From a virus (Duplodnaviria > Caudoviricetes): a stretch of DNA of 29,601 nucleotides. A program made the position numbers and the translations under genes. The DNA lies in IMG/VR virus record IMGVR_UViG_3300044952_001073, positions 1-29,601 of that record, one strand, 5' to 3'. Of the stretch, positions 18,194 through 25,243 are shown in pieces; positions within the stretch are counted from its first letter, which is position 1; every line of letters begins with the position of its first letter. A model generated the notes under the pieces. That model did not search any database and had not been told where the DNA came from. It saw nothing but the letters and a program-made list of their open reading frames with translations.

Positions 18194-18586
18194 ATGAACA
18201 GAAAATTCGACGAATATTTCCGGGACCCCGGGCGGCTTTACACTGAGCGGTGGCCGTGGAAGTTGACAAGCGCCCGCCTCGTTGGGAACCCCGGCGGCAT
18301 TTTTGTAAAGCTATACGGCGAAGAAGTGGACCTTTGGAATAATCCGCTATGCTATACGCTACACGGCGCCGTCCCTATGACTTGCCGGGATTGCCCCACC
18401 GCTTTCCCGGATTATGACGACGACCCGCGGTTGCTTATGATTGCCCACAAGGGATGGACCGCAATTAACAACTTCACGAACGAAGGCGGCCCGGACCCGA
18501 CTGGCCCTGTTGAAATCCCAACAGAAGAAGAGGCCGTCAAATATTGCAAGGCAAACGGAATACCGGTGCCTGATTGGATTGAATAA
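18194..18586 (+). CDS. Hypothetical protein, candidate immunity protein
   Basis: 130 aa, RBS GAGG, immediately downstream of the MuF toxin gene. Function inferred from position only. Confidence 0.6.
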   Translation: MNRKFDEYFRDPGRLYTERWPWKLTSARLVGNPGGIFVKLYGEEVDLWNNPLCYTLHGAVPMTCRDCPTAFPDYDDDPRLLMIAHKGWTAINNFTNEGGPDPTGPVEIPTEEEAVKYCKANGIPVPDWIE

Positions 18587-18967
18587 ATGTGGCTATTTAC
18601 AAAGAGCGGCTTTTTCTCAGCCGTCCAACATAGAGAAGCCCCGGACCTGGTCATTGTCAGGGCCCGGTGGCGCAAAGACCTGCAGGCGCTTTTGGTTGCC
18701 AACGGAAACCCGCACGGCGTTGTCATACATTCAAGCCCCTGCGCCGACTATCCATACCGGGCAACCATGAAAAAGGAAACCTGGGCGCGCATGGTTGCGG
18801 CCGAGGCTGAGCGCGTTGACTATGACAACTTCAAGGACGCGGCGCATGACGGGACCGCGCGCGACGCCGCCCTGCTGAAATGCTGGGCCGCCATGCGCGC
18901 CGCCGAGGACCCCCGCAAGGCGGTGGGGGCTTTTCTTCAGCATGACTATTTAGCCAGCCACCGCTGA
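18587..18967 (+). CDS. Conserved hypothetical protein (MW.FT..GF.S..VRAR..DY.YRA..DY.NFK pattern)
   Basis: Abuts the previous stop (TAAATG). The motif pattern recalls a widespread uncharacterised bacterial/phage family. Confidence 0.7.
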   Translation: MWLFTKSGFFSAVQHREAPDLVIVRARWRKDLQALLVANGNPHGVVIHSSPCADYPYRATMKKETWARMVAAEAERVDYDNFKDAAHDGTARDAALLKCWAAMRAAEDPRKAVGAFLQHDYLASHR

Positions 18968-18970
18968 GCG

Positions 18971-18993
18971 TTGACTTTCCGGCCTATGTCATG
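18971..18993 (+). promoter_or_regulatory. Conserved late-module motif copy 3 (TTGACTTTCCGGCCTATGTCATG)
   Basis: Consensus match; the ATG is the start of 18991. Confidence 0.7.
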
Positions 18994-19482
18994 GCAAGCG
19001 ATTACATAAAAGGCCTTCCCGAGTTGGTTGACGCGCTAAACTCCCTCCCTCAGCAATGCCGCGACGCGTTTAATAGGGGCATTGCGCGCGGCACTATGCT
19101 TATACACCGGGAGGCGGTCCGCAACGCGCCACGAAGCCCCACGCAGGGCATGAAAACGACGGCAAGGAAAACAACCCGCAAGACAACGCGCAAGCCGCGG
19201 GCGACTTCCCGGGCAAAGCGCGGCGGCCTGGAACGGTCAATCCAATTCGCTCTCGAGCCCGCTCAGCTAAGGGGCCTCGTTTACGTTGCGGCCAACTCTG
19301 AGGCCGGGCAATACGCGGCAAAGATGCACGACGGCAAGGGAAAGAGCTGGAGCAAGCGCGGCCCCGGCACCGTCGTCAAGGGCCCGCGGGCCGACGACAA
19401 GTTTATCGAAAGGGCGCAAACTGACAACGCCGACAAAGTGAACGGTTTTTGCGCGGATGAAATGAAAGGGGTCCAATTATGA
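18991..19482 (+). CDS. HK97 gp10-like neck/tail completion protein
   Basis: IKGL.EL...L, A..NAP, G.LERSI, YA..MH.G, KFIERA; basic protein. Confidence 0.7.
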   Translation: MASDYIKGLPELVDALNSLPQQCRDAFNRGIARGTMLIHREAVRNAPRSPTQGMKTTARKTTRKTTRKPRATSRAKRGGLERSIQFALEPAQLRGLVYVAANSEAGQYAAKMHDGKGKSWSKRGPGTVVKGPRADDKFIERAQTDNADKVNGFCADEMKGVQL

Positions 19483-19940
19483 AACCGGCAACCTATGAAA
19501 ACTCGTGGGCCGACGCCGAGGCCGCCATTATGCGCCGCCTTGCAACGGCAACAGCTACAGAACTAAACAAGACCGCTTTTGTGGGGGAGCCCGGTATTGT
19601 CAACGCCTGGTGGCTTGAATGGGGCGCCATTACGGACACCTTTGCGCCGCTGTTAGTCGGGGACCTTTTCACCATGCACCTGCCGGCGGTCATAACATGC
19701 CAATTTTTAAGCCGGGCCGCGGCTCAGGCCTGGGGCATGCGCGTAATTGCCGGGCTCCCGGCCAATCTTTCCGCCGACTCAAACGTGACAACCCTGCGGG
19801 TCCGCAACATGGGGGCGCTCGCGCCTGAGCTTGTGAAAATCGCAAACGAAACGAAGGAGGTCCGCGTTTGGGTTTTGGATATAACGCTCGACGTGGTCTT
19901 TGAAACCGGCGGCCGGGCTAACTCAGGGGTTGAAATTTAG
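19479..19940 (+). CDS. Probable tail terminator/completion protein
   Basis: Size and position between the gp10-like and tail tube genes; ATGA overlap. Confidence 0.5.
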   Translation: MKPATYENSWADAEAAIMRRLATATATELNKTAFVGEPGIVNAWWLEWGAITDTFAPLLVGDLFTMHLPAVITCQFLSRAAAQAWGMRVIAGLPANLSADSNVTTLRVRNMGALAPELVKIANETKEVRVWVLDITLDVVFETGGRANSGVEI

Positions 19941-19959
19941 CCCACTTTTCTTGCCCCGC

Positions 19960-19981
19960 TTGACAAAAGGGCCTATAGTAT
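19960..19981 (+). promoter_or_regulatory. Conserved late-module motif copy 4 (TTGACAAAAGGGCCTATAGTAT)
   Basis: Intergenic, upstream of the tail tube gene. Confidence 0.75.
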
Positions 19982-20013
19982 AAGTTCAAGAACTGAAACT
20001 ACAGGAGAACACT

Positions 20014-20754
20014 ATGGCCAGCACAGTATCTTTTTTCAACCCCGCGGACCCGCTCAATATCAATACTCTTTTGAGTTTGACCGGCGACGCTATGTGGATA
20101 CACCAGACGAACGCCCCCGCAAAGAGCGCGGACCGGGCTCAGGGCTTGAAGGCCAACGGTGACGAAGCCGCCTGGCGGGCTCATAACCTGAAAGGCTCAG
20201 GGTCCGTCGTCTATAAGTGTTTCCTCGCCTCCGGAACGCTGACAATACCGAAGGCCGGCATTGTTACGAATACAAACCATATTGACAGCGTGAAGCTGAG
20301 CTATGACGCGGTGGGATGGCCCACGCTTACTATCCCTTATCACAAGCACCTGGGCGCCGCGACCCACCTTGCAACAGGGGACAAGATTTGCAATTCGTTT
20401 GCAACCACGCTCGCCTTCCCGGCCGGCTTCGGTATTCCGTCAAAACTTGACGACCTTACAACCCCGACGGCGGTGACTCAATTTGAGATTACCTCGGCGG
20501 CGGTCGGTATGAAATCGCTCGAGTATACCCTTTCTTGCACCCATGTTGACGAAAACGCCAACGGGGACTGGCTTGCGGGTGACAACCGCGACGGCGTCGA
20601 GCAAATTGACGCTGAGACAACCGGCGTGCCGGATGACGGCGACGTCGAAGTTGACGCCACCTGGCATAACGCCAGCGACGGCCAAAGCGAGGGCAATACA
20701 ACCGCCAACTCGCGGAAAATGTCATATTCCCGCCACGTTGCGCGCGCAACATAA
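20014..20754 (+). CDS. Probable major tail (tube) protein
   Basis: 246 aa, Thr/Ala/Gly/Asp-rich, strong RBS AGGAG, own promoter motif, two genes before the tape measure. Confidence 0.55.
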   Translation: MASTVSFFNPADPLNINTLLSLTGDAMWIHQTNAPAKSADRAQGLKANGDEAAWRAHNLKGSGSVVYKCFLASGTLTIPKAGIVTNTNHIDSVKLSYDAVGWPTLTIPYHKHLGAATHLATGDKICNSFATTLAFPAGFGIPSKLDDLTTPTAVTQFEITSAAVGMKSLEYTLSCTHVDENANGDWLAGDNRDGVEQIDAETTGVPDDGDVEVDATWHNASDGQSEGNTTANSRKMSYSRHVARAT

Positions 20755-20766
20755 GGGGCCGGCAAA

Positions 20767-21495
20767 ATGATAAAATGCCCGGATATACACCCCCTGGCGC
20801 TTTCCCATTTAAAAGAATTGAGGGAGCGCTGGGGCGTCGAGCCTTCCCTTGCCGAGAGTCTTTGGATAGTCAGGCTATGCGACAGGGTTTTAAACCCCAA
20901 CGAGGGCGAGCGCGCGGACCTTTGCGGCTTCCCTCAGCGCGCCGGCGTTTCCGACGTTTGGCTTTGGCAGATTACCATAGGCGCCAGCGTTTGGGTTCAA
21001 GACAAGGCGAGCGCATGGTTTGGCGAGCATGATGAAAAAATGTTCATGGCCTTTTGTTTTGCTTTGGCGAACGGCCGTGATAAAAATATCATGCACGCCG
21101 CGGGGCTCAGCAAGGCCGCGGCCGAGCGCATGGTGAAAGAGTGGTGCGAGGGGCTGACATGCACCCGGGAAGAGCTGGCGGCCGCCTTTGATGAAGTCTG
21201 CCCCTCAAAGCTACCAAGCGAAAAGGAAAACACCCAAACAAAAATAAACTGGGGCATGATTGTCGGGGAATTGGAGGCCGCCTCAGGCATACCGAAAGAC
21301 CGCTGGCTTTGGGATGTTTCCAAAGATGAAACAGTCAGGGCCTGGCACCGGTCAAGAATGGTACTGCTGGCCCGCTCAGGCGGCGGGCTATCCGATGGCA
21401 TAGGCGACCCGCTTACTGAGGCCCTGCAAGAATTGGCGACGGTCAAGGCGGCAATAATCGAAGCGCATAAACGGGAGGCCCCGGCAAATGAATAA
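20767..21495 (+). CDS. Probable tail assembly chaperone
   Basis: Helical protein between the tail tube and tape measure genes. Confidence 0.45.
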   Translation: MIKCPDIHPLALSHLKELRERWGVEPSLAESLWIVRLCDRVLNPNEGERADLCGFPQRAGVSDVWLWQITIGASVWVQDKASAWFGEHDEKMFMAFCFALANGRDKNIMHAAGLSKAAAERMVKEWCEGLTCTREELAAAFDEVCPSKLPSEKENTQTKINWGMIVGELEAASGIPKDRWLWDVSKDETVRAWHRSRMVLLARSGGGLSDGIGDPLTEALQELATVKAAIIEAHKREAPANE

Positions 21496-23248
21496 AGTTT
21501 TGCAATACATTATCCAGGCCCTTGACAATACCGGGCCAGGGACAAAGAGCGCGGAGGCCAACGCAAAGGCAACCTCGCAGGGCCTAATGCAAAACATGGC
21601 CAACATTAAAGCGGCGTGGGATATGGCCGCCGGGGCCGTAATTGCAACGGCTCAGAAAATGTGGAGCGCGGTCCAGGAAAGTTTCAAATTTGAAACGCTT
21701 ACCACTCAGTTCTCCGTTTTAATGGGTGACATGGGGAAAGCAAAAGACCGCATGGCTGAGCTGGGGGAATTTGCGGCAAAGACGCCTTTTAAATTAGAGG
21801 AAACCGTTGTGGCCAGCCGGCAGTTGCACGTCTTTTCAAACGGGGCCCTCGGGGCAATGGGGTCCCTGAAAATGGTGGGCGACGCCGCGGCGGCCGTGGG
21901 CGGCAATATTCAAGAAGTTTCATTTTGGGTGGGCCGGGCTTATTCTATGATTGCCGGCGGTAAACCGTTTGGCGAGGCCGCCATGCGCCTGCAAGAATTA
22001 GGCATAATCACGCCTGAGGTCCGGACAAAGATGGAAGAGCTACAAGCCGCCGGCGCCACGAACGCTGAGGTTTGGGCCGTATTAGAGGGGCGGCTCGGAA
22101 CCTTTAAAGGCGGGATGGAACAGCTAAGCAAGACCGGCGACGGCTTAAAGTCAACAATGGAAGACAACTGGACCGCCGTTGTCCGGACCTTTGGCGACGC
22201 CTTTCAGTCAACCGCAAAGGATGGCATTAAGGCGTTATCAGACCAGCTCGACAACCTCGTCAAAAATGGCGACGTGGCCGTTTGGGCAAGCAAGGCGGTG
22301 CGCGCCTTTGAAGACGTAAAGGCAACGGCGAGCGGGCTTGCAACTGTTGTCGGGTGGGCCGGCAAGGCTTTAAAGTTTGGTTATGAAAAGGGTGGCGTTT
22401 CCGATTTTGTCGGTGGGGTCCGCGGATTTTCAAGGGCGGCCGGCGCTTTGTCAACCGGCGACTTTAGCGGAGCCGGGACCGCGTTTCTTTCAGGGATAGC
22501 GACGGGCCATTATGGCGGACGGGCTTTAAAGGCCGTCGGGGACCCCGGCGGCGGCGTTGCAATGAACGACGCGTGGGTCAAAGCAGACGCCGAGCGCGAG
22601 GCCGGTGTAAGGGCTAAGGCAATATCAGACGCGCAAAGTAAAAAAGACCCGGCGAAGGCCGCCGAGGATGAAAAAGCAAAACTGACAAAGGCCCTCGCCG
22701 CTGAGCAGGCCGCAACAGACGAACGCAAGAAAAAAGAGCTACTCGCCAAAGAGGCGGAAGAGCGCGCAAAGTTGGAAAAGAAGGCCGAGGAGGACCGGAT
22801 TAAGGCGGCCGAGAAGGTTGCGGAAGCTCAGCGCAAAGCCAACGAGGCCGCAATTAAAGACGAGCGCGACGCGCGTATTGAGGCCGCCCGCGACGCGGCT
22901 AAGGCCGGCTCGGATGAAGAGCGCGCCGGGCAAGACCGCCTGCAGAAAGCGAAGGCCGCCGCTGAGCAAGCGTGGGGCTGGTATAGGGACCCCGCCTCTT
23001 TCAAGAAACAGCTTGAAGAGGAAAAGGCCCAAAAGGCCGCCGAGAAACAGTTTGAAAAAGACGCGGACCGGCTTTCCCGCCGCGGGGATTGGCGAAGCAC
23101 CACGCGCCTCAGCGACAGCGAAGAGGCGGTGCGCCGCGTTGTATTGGCCCGGGAAGAGCAAAAGGCGGCCGAGCGCGCGTTGCTTGCAATCGAAAAAAAC
23201 ACCGCCGGCCTCGAGGCCATGTTAAAAGAGCTTCTAAGCTCAAAATAG
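21488..23248 (+). CDS. Tail tape measure protein
   Basis: FE.L...F..LMG....A...M.EL..FAAKTPF.L.....A.RQL and LK.VGDAAA tape-measure motifs; Ala/Lys/Glu helical C-terminus. Confidence 0.88.
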   Translation: MNKVLQYIIQALDNTGPGTKSAEANAKATSQGLMQNMANIKAAWDMAAGAVIATAQKMWSAVQESFKFETLTTQFSVLMGDMGKAKDRMAELGEFAAKTPFKLEETVVASRQLHVFSNGALGAMGSLKMVGDAAAAVGGNIQEVSFWVGRAYSMIAGGKPFGEAAMRLQELGIITPEVRTKMEELQAAGATNAEVWAVLEGRLGTFKGGMEQLSKTGDGLKSTMEDNWTAVVRTFGDAFQSTAKDGIKALSDQLDNLVKNGDVAVWASKAVRAFEDVKATASGLATVVGWAGKALKFGYEKGGVSDFVGGVRGFSRAAGALSTGDFSGAGTAFLSGIATGHYGGRALKAVGDPGGGVAMNDAWVKADAEREAGVRAKAISDAQSKKDPAKAAEDEKAKLTKALAAEQAATDERKKKELLAKEAEERAKLEKKAEEDRIKAAEKVAEAQRKANEAAIKDERDARIEAARDAAKAGSDEERAGQDRLQKAKAAAEQAWGWYRDPASFKKQLEEEKAQKAAEKQFEKDADRLSRRGDWRSTTRLSDSEEAVRRVVLAREEQKAAERALLAIEKNTAGLEAMLKELLSSK

Positions 23249-23262
23249 AAAGGGGCTAATTT

Positions 23263-23613
23263 ATGGCGCTTTTTTCAGGATGGCTTACAACAGCCCCCGC
23301 CGGGGTGATTACCTCGGTCCGTTCTGTTGTTTCCGTTGACCGGGTAAACACATACTGGGTGGCTCAGCCTATTTATTACCTGGTGACAAAGACCTCGACG
23401 ACGACGGTCACGCTTTATAAAGCTATGACATACGCCTGCGCCTCTGGCCTTGCGGCCGGGGCCGGATGGAACGCGCAGACCGTTGACGCGAACGGAAACA
23501 TTACGGCAAGCTCGACCGCCGAGGTTTCACTTGCAAACGAGGCCGGGGCCTATAACGTGACGCGGACGCAATTTGCCTGCTCCATTGTTGTCTATGGACC
23601 GTATAATGCCTAA
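23263..23613 (+). CDS. Hypothetical tail-tip protein
   Basis: Thr/Val beta-rich ORF after the tape measure gene, with RBS. Confidence 0.55.
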   Translation: MALFSGWLTTAPAGVITSVRSVVSVDRVNTYWVAQPIYYLVTKTSTTTVTLYKAMTYACASGLAAGAGWNAQTVDANGNITASSTAEVSLANEAGAYNVTRTQFACSIVVYGPYNA

Positions 23614-23624
23614 AAGGGGGTTGC

Positions 23625-24206
23625 ATGTCTTTTCCTTTGAAAAATGATTTTATACCTGGCGGCCCCGTCAACCAATACGACGCGGACTGGCACAATACCG
23701 TTTCAAATATCCTCAATTTTTTGAGCGGCGACGGTATAAATATCATAAAATCCCCCGTCCCTTGTCAGGCCTCGCCGTGGAAATTTGTTATTGACTTTGC
23801 CCGCGCCTTTCAGGGCTTCTTAAACCCAACAGGGTCCGCCATACAACCGGTGGGCGACGCCAACTCAGCCGGCGGTGCCCTTACAAGCTCAGCCGCAAAG
23901 GCGGACCACGTCCACGCTGACAAGAGGGCCCGCACGAGCGGCTATACCGTGACGGATTTGTCTTTGGGGGCTTCACCGACGCCGGGAACCTTAAACCCGT
24001 ATACTACATCCTGGAACGTTACGAATAACACCACCGGGGTAAAGATTAGCGAATTGACGCGCGTGCGCTATTCTGAGACAGACGCGACGCCAACGCTCCA
24101 TTTTTACTACAGAACCAAGACATACGACCCCTGCGGCCGTCTTCTTGAGGTTTCGGCGGAGGGCCGCGTTGCTTTCCACATTCCCATTGCTGTTACAATA
24201 GGATAA
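23625..24206 (+). CDS. Hypothetical tail protein
   Basis: SAAKADHVHA resembles a tail-fibre-associated motif; tail module position. Confidence 0.6.
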   Translation: MSFPLKNDFIPGGPVNQYDADWHNTVSNILNFLSGDGINIIKSPVPCQASPWKFVIDFARAFQGFLNPTGSAIQPVGDANSAGGALTSSAAKADHVHADKRARTSGYTVTDLSLGASPTPGTLNPYTTSWNVTNNTTGVKISELTRVRYSETDATPTLHFYYRTKTYDPCGRLLEVSAEGRVAFHIPIAVTIG

Positions 24207-24212
24207 TAAAAA

Positions 24213-25043
24213 ATGCCACTAGCAAGAAAAGCCGGCTCCGGTCTTTGCAGAGACACTGTCCAAAAAAAGCTACTTCGTATTCAAAGCGGGTGGTATACCC
24301 TTTCATTATTGGCCGGGGCGTATTGCGCAAAGGCGACTGTTAGTCAGGTTAAAAACAATCAATCAGACTTCAGCGGCATGCAAACCTATAACTGGAACCT
24401 TTTTTGGCCGTTGGGGACGGGCGCCTGGGTTTCAACCGGGGCCGTGACGGCGACTCCTTTATATGGCATAGGACGCGGACGGGCTATAACTTATCAATAT
24501 CCGTGGCTTAATGAGTGCCTGCAAATTCACTCAGCGAATCAATACCAATTCGGAATTTCAACCGGCACCATTTCAGGGGTCCGGCTATACCTTGAAAGCC
24601 CGGGGGAAACTGAAAGGGATTTTTTAAGGACCTCCGGGGATGTCTTATACAGCGACGAGTCCTATGCCCTTGACCCGCCCAGCATAGGCGGCGCTTTAAA
24701 TATCCGCTTTGCCAGCGCTCTTCAGGCGCCTAGATACGCGTGGGACGGCGCCGACCTTTCACTTTCAATAGATACACTCTCAGACAACTCGGCCGCCGTT
24801 GTGGGGGTCGAGCCGTGGCAACCGTTTTCAAACGCCGGGCTTTCCCGGTTTTCAGCAGGCGGGTGGGCGTATTATGACCTTCCGGCGGCAATGGTGACAT
24901 GGATAAACACGAACCGGACTTTTTTCATGCACACCAACTGGACAACGGGTTACGCCCCCTGGTTTTACATTTCCGGGTATAGTAATTACACCTACACCAG
25001 AACCATTAGAGGCATTGCCCTCCAGGTCTATTGCGAATTTTAA
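24213..25043 (+). CDS. Hypothetical tail-associated protein, aromatic-rich
   Basis: 276 aa, W/Y-rich beta composition, tail module position. Confidence 0.6.
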   Translation: MPLARKAGSGLCRDTVQKKLLRIQSGWYTLSLLAGAYCAKATVSQVKNNQSDFSGMQTYNWNLFWPLGTGAWVSTGAVTATPLYGIGRGRAITYQYPWLNECLQIHSANQYQFGISTGTISGVRLYLESPGETERDFLRTSGDVLYSDESYALDPPSIGGALNIRFASALQAPRYAWDGADLSLSIDTLSDNSAAVVGVEPWQPFSNAGLSRFSAGGWAYYDLPAAMVTWINTNRTFFMHTNWTTGYAPWFYISGYSNYTYTRTIRGIALQVYCEF

Positions 25044-25049
25044 AACTTT

Positions 25050-25220
25050 ATGGCTGATGAAGACTATGCAAGCGGCGATTTTGAGGCCCCCGAGACAACA
25101 GACGGGAGCGCCGCCTATTTATTTGAGGGCGAGCTTTCCGACCCTGTTGACCCTCCTGAAGACCCGGTACCGCTTTCAAATGTGTGGGCTGAGGAGTTTT
25201 ATGAATTGGAAGTCGAATAA
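25050..25220 (+). CDS. 56-aa highly acidic protein (not in ORF track)
   Basis: MADEDYASGDFEAPETTDGSAAYLFEGELSDPVDPPEDPVPLSNVWAEEFYELEVE. Fills the gap from 6 nt after the previous stop to the base before motif copy 5. Confidence 0.65.
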   Translation: MADEDYASGDFEAPETTDGSAAYLFEGELSDPVDPPEDPVPLSNVWAEEFYELEVE

Positions 25221-25243
25221 TTGACAAAGGGGCCTATATTATG
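25221..25243 (+). promoter_or_regulatory. Conserved late-module motif copy 5 (TTGACAAAGGGGCCTATATTATG)
   Basis: Consensus match; the ATG is the tail fibre start and there is no Shine-Dalgarno. Confidence 0.75.

Noticed and set aside
20767-21495. Programmed frameshift in the tail chaperone
   Set aside because: A single ORF spans the whole interval to the tape measure gene, so no second frame is needed.
25015-25224. 69-aa ORF from the track
   Set aside because: TTG start overlapping the upstream gene and running into the motif; the 25050-25220 ATG frame fits the gap better.
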